Below are positions 1-9,246 of a DNA stretch of 64,000 nt, piece after piece. The stretch is taken from the IMG/VR virus record IMGVR_UViG_3300014204_013734, positions 32,001 through 96,000 of that record. The stretch is one strand, 5' to 3'. Below the pieces are notes generated by a model. That model was not told the DNA's origin. It saw nothing but the letters and a program-made list of their open reading frames with translations, and did no database searches. The position numbers and the translations under genes were made by a program. The DNA is from a virus (taxonomy: Duplodnaviria; Caudoviricetes). Position 1 is the stretch's first letter. Every line of letters begins with the position of its first letter.

Positions 1-314
1 GATGGGTTCTGACGGAATCCAATTAACCACAGCGGCCGCCATTATGGCAGCATTGACCTTCGGTGCTATTGCCAAGCACTTGGCCATGTAGTCGTCAAAC
101 CCTTGATGACGGGCAATTTCCAATCCCTCCTGGGGTTTGACCTGCATTGTGTCAGCGACCAACAGGATGACTTCATCCCCGTTCTGGATGCGTCTTTTGG
201 CGTATTCCAAGGCCCACACACCTCGGGAACGGTTTCCGACGAGTTTGTTGTCGTCAAGCCGCCCGTAGACCGGACCGGCGGTAATGAGTACCTTCATAAT
301 CAAACCTCGTCCCT

Positions 315-650
315 TTATGATGGGAACCCGCACCGCAAATAGAAAACTTGAATGGCCGCACCCATTAAGTCCAGGTTCGTGTCGGTGCTGTATCGGCATC
401 GGAGGACTGGCTTTTCGGATAGCTCATCACGGGTTCCGAACCACCAGTTGTTGCTGGTGCCGAGCTGCCAATCTGTCTGAATTGGTTTGTTCGGGTCCAT
501 CGGATAAACGGTTCCTCCGGCAACTATGTCGCACAGGATTTGTGCATATTGCCGGAATTTGTCCTGATTCTCGGGTTTCCTGACATCCAGGTTTTGCGGA
601 AGCAAAACTTCCTGGAATGACGGGCTGTTTGAAAATCGTCCGGTTCCCAT
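315..650 (-). CDS. hypothetical protein
   Basis: ORF with ATG overlapping the upstream stop and a GGAGG RBS. Confidence 0.55.
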   Translation of the reverse strand: MGTGRFSNSPSFQEVLLPQNLDVRKPENQDKFRQYAQILCDIVAGGTVYPMDPNKPIQTDWQLGTSNNWWFGTRDELSEKPVLRCRYSTDTNLDLMGAAIQVFYLRCGFPS

Positions 651-1357
651 TAGATACCTCCCTTTCTGCACAACCATCGGAGCGACCGCCCCGACTTGAA
701 CATTTGGACTGAAAATCCTGAACCAAGAAGCTTCTTGAGCTTCTCAGAATCGTGGTACTTGAAATAGGTCACGTCCCAATCCGGACCGTTGGTCAACCGG
801 ACCTGAAGGTGGAATACGTGACCAAACAAGGACGTGTACGCTTCAGCAAATCGCGTTCGTTTTGTGTCGTGGCGGTTCTGTAAGGTTCCGCCTTCCGTCT
901 CCTTGAATCGGATTCCGAACGGGGACGGTTTCTCAAAGGAATTGAAGACGAACACCCCGCCTGGTTTCAGCACCCGGTGGACCCCAGGGACGACCTTTTC
1001 CATGTCAAGGTAGCCGACCGCTTGGCGGCAGACCACTACATTGAACAGGTCATGTTCGTAAAGATAACCCACGGACTCCGCCCGACCTGTTTTTTCCAGG
1101 ACAAATGTTCCTGGACGCACCCTGGGATTCAGGTCCAGGAGGTGCAGGAAGTCCTGTCGGATCCGGGTAGTAGTCCGCAAGAGATGTTCCCCTTTTGTGC
1201 GTCGCCAAGCTTCTTCTGAAACTACCCCAGTGCCTCCGGCGAGGTCCAACAGGTATTGGCCGGGCTTCCACCCGGCAAGATCCAGCAAGGTTCCCGGATT
1301 TGCCGTCCATGGAGCGTAGATGTTGTTGTAGTTGTTTGTCATGCACGACAAATTCAT
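650..1357 (-). CDS. class I SAM-dependent methyltransferase
   Basis: LLDLAGGTG motif I; VHRVLKPGGVF motif. Confidence 0.8.
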   Translation of the reverse strand: MNLSCMTNNYNNIYAPWTANPGTLLDLAGWKPGQYLLDLAGGTGVVSEEAWRRTKGEHLLRTTTRIRQDFLHLLDLNPRVRPGTFVLEKTGRAESVGYLYEHDLFNVVVCRQAVGYLDMEKVVPGVHRVLKPGGVFVFNSFEKPSPFGIRFKETEGGTLQNRHDTKRTRFAEAYTSLFGHVFHLQVRLTNGPDWDVTYFKYHDSEKLKKLLGSGFSVQMFKSGRSLRWLCRKGGI

Positions 1358-1974
1358 CAGACACCTTCCTTATCAAGCCGGTGATAGTTGCCGTCTCCGG
1401 TCTGGGCAATTTCACAAGCATTCAACAGAGCCTCCAAGAAACTGTCAACCAGTTTTGGATTCACGGCCATGCCGGAGGCGTCAATGAATGCCTTTACAGC
1501 TTCTTCGTCCTTCCCTCCGTCCGCCAAGGCGTCCAGGATCAACGATTGGACAGCGGACTTGACCCTAGCGGGGGATAGTTCTTTCTGGACCTTCTTTTTG
1601 TTGATGGCAGGTCCAGGCTGGGAAATTTCCTTCGGTTCTACGGAATCTTCAAATGCGTCCTCTTTTTGAATAGGGCGGACATAACCTTCCGGTTCCGGGT
1701 TCAACCCGTCTGGAAGAGGGTACTTCTGGGGAGGAAATTCTCCGTCTACACCCCCCATGTGCATCAAGGTGATGGTTTCCGCTTTGTGCGGATCCATCGT
1801 ATTGGCTATGAAGGACACACGGGTCCCTTCCGTTTTAATGGTAGACACCTTAAAAGGGGCCCCTTCATTAACCCGCACAGTTGAACCCGTCTTCAAGAGT
1901 TCAAGGTTTTCAAGCCGGGACCAAGTCCCGTCGTCATTTTGTTTGTCATATCTTCCAAAATAGTTGCTCATCAA
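1357..1974 (-). CDS. hypothetical protein
   Basis: 205 aa ORF, GGAGG RBS, directly downstream of a phage promoter motif. Confidence 0.7.
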   Translation of the reverse strand: MMSNYFGRYDKQNDDGTWSRLENLELLKTGSTVRVNEGAPFKVSTIKTEGTRVSFIANTMDPHKAETITLMHMGGVDGEFPPQKYPLPDGLNPEPEGYVRPIQKEDAFEDSVEPKEISQPGPAINKKKVQKELSPARVKSAVQSLILDALADGGKDEEAVKAFIDASGMAVNPKLVDSFLEALLNACEIAQTGDGNYHRLDKEGV

Positions 1975-1991
1975 GGACCTCCTTTCCCTAA

Positions 1992-2020
1992 ACTACCCGC
2001 AAAAGAAATTTTCCAAGCCG
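1992..2020 (-). promoter_or_regulatory. phage promoter motif CGGCTTGG-N15-GGTAGT
   Basis: exact motif; one of a back-to-back divergent pair. Confidence 0.8.
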
Positions 2021-2030
2021 CCAAAAAATC

Positions 2031-2059
2031 CGGCTTGGAATTTACATGAATCCGGTAGT
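2031..2059 (+). promoter_or_regulatory. phage promoter motif CGGCTTGG-N15-GGTAGT
   Basis: exact motif about 30 nt before ATG 2091. Confidence 0.8.
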
Positions 2060-2090
2060 CCGTTCAGATTGACCGTTTAGGAGGAAAAAG

Positions 2091-2528
2091 ATGGCAAAGT
2101 ACAATATCATGCGGGCATGTGGACACGTTGAAATCGTTCAAATCTTCGGGACGAACGCCCACTGTGAACGAGACCGACGGGAAGTATATGAGGGCACATT
2201 ATTGTGTCGGACCTGTTTACAGGCCAAACGCCTCAAGTATGAGGAAACGAAATGTTTACCCGTACTTACGGGGTCCGAAAAGCAGATTGCTTGGGCCATC
2301 ACGATCCGGTCCAAGTTGCTGGAATCCGCCAAAAAGACGCGAACCCGAATTGAAGGGATGGCTCAGGCATCTGATCGGGATGCAACCCTGCACCTGATTG
2401 ACGAAACGGTGAAAATTCTTTTAGAACAAACGGTTGCGTCTTGGTGGATCAACAATCAGGACAAGACCATTCAGGAACATTCCGCCAATCTGCTTCGGGT
2501 AAACCCAACACTCCACGAAGGACGGTGA
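2091..2528 (+). CDS. hypothetical protein (Cys/His motifs)
   Basis: AGGAGG RBS; CGH...CxxC; LTGSEKQIAWA segment. Confidence 0.75.
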   Translation: MAKYNIMRACGHVEIVQIFGTNAHCERDRREVYEGTLLCRTCLQAKRLKYEETKCLPVLTGSEKQIAWAITIRSKLLESAKKTRTRIEGMAQASDRDATLHLIDETVKILLEQTVASWWINNQDKTIQEHSANLLRVNPTLHEGR

Positions 2529-2531
2529 CCT

Positions 2532-3122
2532 ATGGCGACCGAAGACATTAAGAAACACCTTGGGGGATTGGTTGTTGCCCTGTCCATGGCCAATCCGAAA
2601 CGGATCAAGAAGGTGAAGGACGACGAAGGACGGACCATCCGTTCCTTTGACTTTCCCGGGACGGGATTTGCTGCCGCCGTGGTGACCGACGAGAAAGACA
2701 AGGGTGTCCTCTACACGGTCATCAGTTCAGACTTGGACCCGAATGATAGTGACATGTTGAAGGGCTTGATGAAGGTTCCGAAGGTTGAACCCATCATGCT
2801 GGTCCCCCCTTCGGAACAGGCATCCACCGGAATTCTCTCTGAGTTCTACTTTGCATGGGAATCGGATCCCGAAAACGGGGAAGACTTCGTTGAAGGAGGG
2901 GTGTTTGGAATCATCCATAAGAAATTGTGGGATGATAAAAAACGCTGGGATGACACCGATCCTGCCATTCACATCATCCCCTGCGATGCCCCGATTGCCC
3001 AAGAAATGACCTGTACCTGGTCAATTATTCCGGGTCATTCTAAAGCGGAAGCTCGCAAGTGGCTTCTAGCCCAAGGGGCGACGGAAAACAAAAATCTCTT
3101 CAACTGGCAACCGGGGGTCTAA
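2532..3122 (+). CDS. hypothetical protein
   Basis: tightly packed operon ORF. Confidence 0.7.
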   Translation: MATEDIKKHLGGLVVALSMANPKRIKKVKDDEGRTIRSFDFPGTGFAAAVVTDEKDKGVLYTVISSDLDPNDSDMLKGLMKVPKVEPIMLVPPSEQASTGILSEFYFAWESDPENGEDFVEGGVFGIIHKKLWDDKKRWDDTDPAIHIIPCDAPIAQEMTCTWSIIPGHSKAEARKWLLAQGATENKNLFNWQPGV

Positions 3123-3123
3123 C

Positions 3124-4608
3124 ATGTACGAATTTTCCATCGCCAGGAACATCCTGGGGAATCGGGAACCCTCTTTGCTCATGACGGACGGGTACAAGTT
3201 CGCCATGGCACAGGCAGGTTTTCCGCTGCGAACGGAAACCTTTTACATGACGTTCCGTCACGGGGGACCCTGGTACATCCCCTTTGACCTGGAAAAGATC
3301 GTGGAGGCATTCCTTCCGAATCTCCCGAAGGATGCGGAAAAAAACTTCTTGGAAAAAAGTGGCTATCGTCCTACCCCGGCGATGAGGGTAGCCCTCTACC
3401 AAGGCCTAAAAGTGGTCATTCGGGCCGCCCCGAAAGGATCTTGGGTCCTGGCTAAGGAACCCATCCTGACCATCACGGGTCCTTCCTTCCTAGTTTCCTG
3501 GTTGGAACCTTTGGTCCTGATGCTGCATTTCCCGATCCAGGTAGCCACGGAAGCCCTGAAGGGACGAAAAGAATTCCCTTGTACTTGTCGGGATGAAATG
3601 GGGATTGTGGCAGAAACCCTTGAAGTTACCCTTTCTTCCCTCGCTGGACTTCAGCTTACGGACGAATCCGTCCAATACCGGGCGGACGTTGCAAAGCGTT
3701 TGGCTTCCTTGATCAACGCCCTGGAAGACAAGGATCCGAAGCGCATCTTTGAAGTCGGGATGCGGGCATGCACCTGCATGGCCATGCACCGGATCGCCTT
3801 GGAGGAATGCAAGAAGGCTGGAATCACGGCTACTTCCAATGTGTTTTTGGCCAATGAACTGGACATGGTCGCTGTTGGCACCACGGGCCACGAACACATC
3901 CAACGGTGGGGAGACGACCTGACTGCCTGTCGGGCGATGCGGGACATGCGTCCCCAACGACCATCGTGTTTGCCCGACACGTTTGATGCCATGGGGCTGG
4001 GGCTTCCAGCCGCCCTCTTGTCTTTCCTGGAACAACCAAACCGGGAAGGAACGGTCAGGTTTGATTCCGGTGACCAGAAGCCCCAACTCTACGCCGTAGA
4101 AGGCGTGTCCCAAAAGCTACTTCTGAACAAGCCAAACTACATCTTTGAAGATGGCATTGATGAACAAAAGATCATCCGGGACGAGGATTGGTGCCGGGAG
4201 CTCGGCATTGCCCCCGAACGCCGGGCGTTTGGGTCAGGTCAGTTTATCGTGAGAGCCGAATTCACGTACATGACCCGCGACCGGGTTGCCGCCGTCTACA
4301 AGCTGTGCAAGACCGGGGACCTCCCCGTCATGAAGACCTGTGCTACGGCGCCGACCAAAGCGTCCGTGCCCGGCGTACCCGTCACGTTCCGCCGAGTTCG
4401 TGTCGGTGCCTGTGACCAAGCATACAACAGCTTCGCCGGACTGATCGGGCAGGAAGGGGAAACTCCCCCTGTCGGGTTCGTCTCGTTAGATTCCCGGCTT
4501 GGAAAGCCTGACTTTCCGGTAGACCCTATGGAAGTGGGGTTCAGCCCCGAAACGGAAAAGTTGATTGGCGACTGTCTGAAGCGCATTGCAGACAGCCAGT
4601 CGCTTTAA
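3124..4608 (+). CDS. pncB: nicotinate/nicotinamide phosphoribosyltransferase (PncB/NAMPT family)
   Basis: TDGYK, EVGMR, TSNV, GTTGHE, PDTFD, VRFDSGD and AVYKL motifs. Confidence 0.8.
   Translation: MYEFSIARNILGNREPSLLMTDGYKFAMAQAGFPLRTETFYMTFRHGGPWYIPFDLEKIVEAFLPNLPKDAEKNFLEKSGYRPTPAMRVALYQGLKVVIRAAPKGSWVLAKEPILTITGPSFLVSWLEPLVLMLHFPIQVATEALKGRKEFPCTCRDEMGIVAETLEVTLSSLAGLQLTDESVQYRADVAKRLASLINALEDKDPKRIFEVGMRACTCMAMHRIALEECKKAGITATSNVFLANELDMVAVGTTGHEHIQRWGDDLTACRAMRDMRPQRPSCLPDTFDAMGLGLPAALLSFLEQPNREGTVRFDSGDQKPQLYAVEGVSQKLLLNKPNYIFEDGIDEQKIIRDEDWCRELGIAPERRAFGSGQFIVRAEFTYMTRDRVAAVYKLCKTGDLPVMKTCATAPTKASVPGVPVTFRRVRVGACDQAYNSFAGLIGQEGETPPVGFVSLDSRLGKPDFPVDPMEVGFSPETEKLIGDCLKRIADSQSL
4495..4523 (+). 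promoter_or_regulatory. phage promoter motif variant (GGTAGA)
   Basis: CGGCTTGG-N15-GGTAGA inside the pncB 3' end, upstream of nadE. Confidence 0.55.
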
Positions 4609-4624
4609 AGAAAGGATCAAACCT

Positions 4625-5764
4625 ATGCCTGTCCTTGACGGAGTTAAGTTGATTGAAAACCGAATTGAAGCGATTCGGGCATTCCACAAGAATGCCAGCA
4701 TCATCAAGGCCGAACTGGACCTGTCCGGCGGGATTGATTCCGCCGTCATGGCATGGCTTCTTGTCCGTGCCCTCGGACCGGAAAACGTTCTCTTGGTCCA
4801 TACCAGGATCAACACCGACTATAAGCAGACGGATCGGGCATCCCGTTTGGCTCAGGACCTTAAGGCGACGTTCGTGAACGTTGATCTGACCGGGCTTTTT
4901 GACATGTTGTCGTCCCAAATGATGGTCTCGCTTGGCGGGCCCGTTGGAACACCTGCCTGCAATCAGCTTAGTAAGCGGTGCAAAGAAGATCCGACCATCC
5001 TGGGATCCATCCGGTCCACACTCCGGGCACCCGTTGGCCGCGGATTCAACCGCATGTTCGGTGGTGGCATCCGCCACGGGACCGGAAACGAATGTGAAGA
5101 CCGTTACCTTCGCTTCTACCAAAAGGGCGGGGATGGGGAAGTTGACACGAATCCCCTGGAAATGCTTTCAAAGACCGAAATCTTCCAGCTTGCCTACACC
5201 ATCGCGGAAACCGAACGAGGAACCCCCCTGGAAGGAATCTTCCGCGAATTGATCACCGTGAAACCTTCCCCCGATCTGTGGGGAAAGGGTGACACCCATA
5301 ACGATGAAGATGAACTTCAATCGTGGACTGGGGTTTCCTTCACTTACGGGAAGGTAGACCCGTTGACCGGGGACATTCTGGAATTCGGGACCATTGAACG
5401 GGTGTCCCGGCTTCTGGACCAGAAGTTTGAAGTCCCAAATTTATGGTCCTTGGGTTTGTTCCCTGAAGGTACTCCCGTTCCTTTCCCCACGACCACTTGC
5501 GGGGAAGTCCTATTCAAGGATGACCTCCACGGACTGGATACCGTCTTGGATTGCATGGCACTCATTGCCGACAAAACAGGGATCTTTCGAAACACATTTT
5601 TTCCAGGAACATCACGCCGTCAGATCCGTGATTTTTTGCTTGCCGCCCGCAAGGCGGAAAGACAGACCCGTCACAAGGGGAACGGGAACATTCCAACCCT
5701 TGGTACACGGTCGGAACTGGTTGAGGCGGGCATCCTGACCGACAAACTGACAGTCAAGGGATGA
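4625..5764 (+). CDS. nadE: NH3-dependent NAD+ synthetase
   Basis: LSGGIDS PP-loop, GTGNECE, FYQKGGDG, PSPDLW. Confidence 0.88.
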   Translation: MPVLDGVKLIENRIEAIRAFHKNASIIKAELDLSGGIDSAVMAWLLVRALGPENVLLVHTRINTDYKQTDRASRLAQDLKATFVNVDLTGLFDMLSSQMMVSLGGPVGTPACNQLSKRCKEDPTILGSIRSTLRAPVGRGFNRMFGGGIRHGTGNECEDRYLRFYQKGGDGEVDTNPLEMLSKTEIFQLAYTIAETERGTPLEGIFRELITVKPSPDLWGKGDTHNDEDELQSWTGVSFTYGKVDPLTGDILEFGTIERVSRLLDQKFEVPNLWSLGLFPEGTPVPFPTTTCGEVLFKDDLHGLDTVLDCMALIADKTGIFRNTFFPGTSRRQIRDFLLAARKAERQTRHKGNGNIPTLGTRSELVEAGILTDKLTVKG

Positions 5765-6075
5765 AATCCATGTCGCTTCACACGGAAAAAGTTTTGGCGG
5801 AACTGAACCAAACGTTCCAAATTGTTTGGGAAAAGCATTTACCAAGACTTTCCAGAAGCGTCCTGCAAGCCCTTATCAACAGCAATGGGACTTGTACAGC
5901 CCGAATGATTTCTGATTTGTCAGAAATAGACGTAAACAAAGCTTCTGTGATCCTGGGAAGGTTAGTGAAGTTGGGATACGTAGAAGAAGAGAAAGTCAAC
6001 CGACGACTGAAGAAATACCGTCTATCGGAAAATCACAAGTGGTTTTTTCTGTGGGCGAAAAGGAACGAAAAATGA
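5761..6075 (+). CDS. winged-helix HTH protein
   Basis: MarR-like pattern: ARMISD...ASVILGRLVKLGYVEE. Confidence 0.65.
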   Translation: MKSMSLHTEKVLAELNQTFQIVWEKHLPRLSRSVLQALINSNGTCTARMISDLSEIDVNKASVILGRLVKLGYVEEEKVNRRLKKYRLSENHKWFFLWAKRNEK

Positions 6076-6407
6076 TCACCCTCAAAAAGGAAAAAGAACT
6101 GGACCAGGACGGAAGCATTTACTACTTCGTGTACGTCTACGGATCCAAGGGATACGAGGAACTCTCCGCTGTTTCTTCTTCGATGTTTAAAAACATCCCT
6201 TCCGAAGACATCTTGGTAGACGTAGAAGTCGCTAAGGAAACAGGAACCCTGGTGTTAAAATACACGTCATCTACACCATTACCGAACGATTCGGACTTCC
6301 TGTTTCCCGATGAGGAAACAAGGAAGATACACGAAGAGGAACGAGAAAAGGCCCTCAAGGAAAACTTGGAATTTATTTCCATTTCCTTAAACCAGCTTGG
6401 AAGATAA
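6072..6407 (+). CDS. hypothetical protein
   Basis: ATG overlaps the upstream stop. Confidence 0.6.
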   Translation: MITLKKEKELDQDGSIYYFVYVYGSKGYEELSAVSSSMFKNIPSEDILVDVEVAKETGTLVLKYTSSTPLPNDSDFLFPDEETRKIHEEEREKALKENLEFISISLNQLGR

Positions 6408-6437
6408 CCAAGCGCAACCACAGGAAGAGAGGAATCT

Positions 6438-7283
6438 ATGAAAGTTCATCTGTTTATAGTGGACCCCCAGGAAGACTTTTGCAATCCGAAGGGGGCTCTG
6501 TTCGTCAACGGCGCCGACAAGGACATGCAGCGGCTTGCTGCAATGGTCCGCCGCCTGAAGGGCAAGATTGACGACATCACTGTCACCCTTGACTCCCACC
6601 GCAAGGTGGACGTCAGCCACCCGATCTGGTGGAAGCGGGTCGGAGACGGTGCCTGCCCGAACCCCTTCACCATCCTGGGCCCGTCGGCCGACGGGCAGCG
6701 CATCGTCACCATGAAGTTGGACAACGGGGCTTGGGTTCCGACCAATGAGGAATGGACGACCTACATGCCGTCCTGGTTCAACAGGAGTTTGGACTATCTC
6801 AAGAAGCTTGCCGCTACGGGCCGCTACCCCCACTGCATCTGGCCCGAACACTGCCTCATCGGCACGCCCGGCCACAACGTTCAGGGAGACCTCATGGGGG
6901 CTCTCAGCGAATGGGAAGCCCAGTTCGCCGTGATTAACTACGTCACGAAGGGGTCCAACATCTGGACGGAGCACTTTTCCGCCGTCAAAGCCGAAGTGCC
7001 GGACCCGTCCGATCCGTCCACGCAGGTCAACACGGACCTGATCAAGGTTCTGGAAGAATCCGACCTCGTCGTCACCGGGGGAGAAGCTTTGAGTCATTGC
7101 TTAGCCAATAGTCTTAGGGACGTTGTGGCAGCGTTTTCCGACCCGAAGTACGTCCAAAAGGTAGTGCTGCTCACCGACGCCACCAGCAACGTCACGGGAT
7201 TTGATTTCCTTGGGGACGCTTTCCTCAAGGACATGAAGGCCCTCGGCATGCAGACTTCAACAACCACGGATTTCCTGCGCTAA
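6438..7283 (+). CDS. pncA: nicotinamidase / isochorismatase-family hydrolase
   Basis: VDPQEDFC, DSH, WPEHC, KG, GEALSHC catalytic motifs. Confidence 0.85.
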   Translation: MKVHLFIVDPQEDFCNPKGALFVNGADKDMQRLAAMVRRLKGKIDDITVTLDSHRKVDVSHPIWWKRVGDGACPNPFTILGPSADGQRIVTMKLDNGAWVPTNEEWTTYMPSWFNRSLDYLKKLAATGRYPHCIWPEHCLIGTPGHNVQGDLMGALSEWEAQFAVINYVTKGSNIWTEHFSAVKAEVPDPSDPSTQVNTDLIKVLEESDLVVTGGEALSHCLANSLRDVVAAFSDPKYVQKVVLLTDATSNVTGFDFLGDAFLKDMKALGMQTSTTTDFLR

Positions 7284-7314
7284 AGGCACCGGGGAATCAG
7301 AAAGGAAGAAAACC

Positions 7315-8064
7315 ATGAAGTTCACGAACGACAACATGCAGGAACAGAAGATCAGTGGGGGAAACTTCAAGTTCACCCACGTTGACACCAGCACCCTCGG
7401 AGCCCCCGAATACACTCTTGTTGGACTCGTCGTTGACGCGTCCGGGTCCGTGATGCCTTATGCGGTCGCCCTTGAAGCGATGATCAAGGAAATCGTCAAG
7501 GCATGCCGCAGGAGCCCCAGAGCTGACAACCTCCAACTGCGGTTGATTACGTTCAATCGCAGCGTGCAGGAAGTGCATGGGTTTAAGCCCCTGCCGACTT
7601 GCAACGAAAATGACTATGTCGGCGCCTTGAAGCCATACGGAACGACGGCTCTGTTTGACGCCACGTACAGCATGGCTAAGGCCCTGGCCCAGTACGGCGA
7701 AGATCTGCAGAAGCAGGACTTTTCCGTCAATGCCGCCATGTTCGTCCTAACGGACGGACAAGATAACGATTCAACCGTTACAGCGGGCATGGTGAAGCAG
7801 GCACTTGACGAGGCTCGTTCCCAGGAACGGCTTGAGTCCATCATGCCGGTTCTGATCGGGGTCGGTGCCGGTTCTGACGCCGATGCTGGCCTGGACCAAT
7901 ATCTCCAGGCGTTCAAGGACGAAGCCGGGTTCCAGCAGTACGTTGCCCTGGATAAGGCGGATGAAAAGAATCTTGCGAAGCTCGCGCAATTCATCAGCAA
8001 GTCCATTTCGTCCCAGTCCTCTGCGCTTGGTACGGGCGGAGCAAGCCAGAATATGACGTTCTAA
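7315..8064 (+). CDS. vWA domain protein (TerY-like)
   Basis: MIDAS DASGS, GTTALFDA, LTDGQDN. Confidence 0.85.
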   Translation: MKFTNDNMQEQKISGGNFKFTHVDTSTLGAPEYTLVGLVVDASGSVMPYAVALEAMIKEIVKACRRSPRADNLQLRLITFNRSVQEVHGFKPLPTCNENDYVGALKPYGTTALFDATYSMAKALAQYGEDLQKQDFSVNAAMFVLTDGQDNDSTVTAGMVKQALDEARSQERLESIMPVLIGVGAGSDADAGLDQYLQAFKDEAGFQQYVALDKADEKNLAKLAQFISKSISSQSSALGTGGASQNMTF

Positions 8065-8079
8065 CCGTTCGCCTACACG

Positions 8080-8111
8080 TGTCCGCCGGTTCTTTAAGGA
8101 ACCGGCGGACA
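8080..8111 (+). terminator. stem-loop between the vWA and PP2C genes
   Basis: TGTCCGCCGGT / ACCGGCGGACA inverted repeat; weak U tract. Confidence 0.45.
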
Positions 8112-8124
8112 TCTTACCTTTGAA

Positions 8125-9246
8125 TTGGAAATAGTGATGCTGCAAGACCTTTCGTTGGAACGCTTCTTGATATATCCCAAAGACGGAAATTGGGATAATT
8201 GGGATTGGTCCGCTATCTGCGGAAACCCCGAAGCCTCGAAGATCATAAAAGAAGCCGAAGGAAGTGGCGGGTGTGGCCTCGGATTCCATCCTGAACTTGG
8301 ATGGATGCTTCTTTGTTCCGGGCAAGGGGCATTCGTGGGTTGGCATCAAAGGGGCGACCTCGCCAAATGGACCGGAGAAAACCCTTCCCCAAGGAAACCC
8401 TGGACTGGAACTATCTACGCTGATGATCATTTTTCCATTGGGTCTGCACACACGGTGTGTCAGGATTACACCCGATCAAGGAATACCACTACCGATGGTT
8501 TCCTTGGTGGAACTTGTGCCATCGTTTCGGACGGTTGTTCCGCTTCTAAGGATTCTGATTTCGGGGCTCGTTTCATGACCCTCTGCGCTTTGAAAGAGGG
8601 TAGCCTGAACGGAATCCTTCCGATGGAAGCTTCCCGCATTGCTTCTGGTGCTGAAACCGCTGGAGGGATTCTGCTGAAAACGTTTCTTGACCGTGAATGC
8701 CTCAACGCTACCTGCCTCTTCGCCGGGGTACGAAAAGACGGACTGGTTCAGGTTCAAGCGTTCGGAGATGGCGTGATTGTCGTCCGGCGACGGGATGGTT
8801 CCATTGAAACGTATGAGGTGGACCACGGAGGGATTCCGGCTTATCCGGCCTATCTTCTGGACCCGGAACTTGCCGAACAATACAAGGCCGAAATGACCGG
8901 CAAGTTGAAAGTCAAGGTGACGGTAGACGGAAAGACCGTTGACGTTTGGGACATTTCGTGCAAGAAATGGCCGGAATTTTCGTTCACAGTTGACCCGGCC
9001 GACACTGACTTGGTTGTCCTGATGACAGACGGAGCACAGTCATTTCAGAATATGACCGGAATGGCCCCGGTTCCTGTGCCGTTGGCAGAAGTCGTTTCCC
9101 ACGTCCTTGACTTCAAGAGCATGACGGGCTCATTCCTGAATCGTCGGCTTCATGCTTTTGAAACGAAGGAATGCCCCAAACTCGGTTGGCGCCACTACGA
9201 TGATTTCGGGGTTGCCGCCCTGTGGATGATGGAAGAAACAAAATGA
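8125..9246 (+). CDS. PP2C-family protein phosphatase (start uncertain)
   Basis: CQD, VSDGCS, FGDG, MTDG and DD motifs. Confidence 0.8.
   Translation: MEIVMLQDLSLERFLIYPKDGNWDNWDWSAICGNPEASKIIKEAEGSGGCGLGFHPELGWMLLCSGQGAFVGWHQRGDLAKWTGENPSPRKPWTGTIYADDHFSIGSAHTVCQDYTRSRNTTTDGFLGGTCAIVSDGCSASKDSDFGARFMTLCALKEGSLNGILPMEASRIASGAETAGGILLKTFLDRECLNATCLFAGVRKDGLVQVQAFGDGVIVVRRRDGSIETYEVDHGGIPAYPAYLLDPELAEQYKAEMTGKLKVKVTVDGKTVDVWDISCKKWPEFSFTVDPADTDLVVLMTDGAQSFQNMTGMAPVPVPLAEVVSHVLDFKSMTGSFLNRRLHAFETKECPKLGWRHYDDFGVAALWMMEETK

Noticed and set aside
5481-5511. TTTCCCCAC...GCGGGGA resembling a fourth CRISPR repeat
   Set aside because: Inside the nadE coding frame, with too long a loop and a poor 3' handle.
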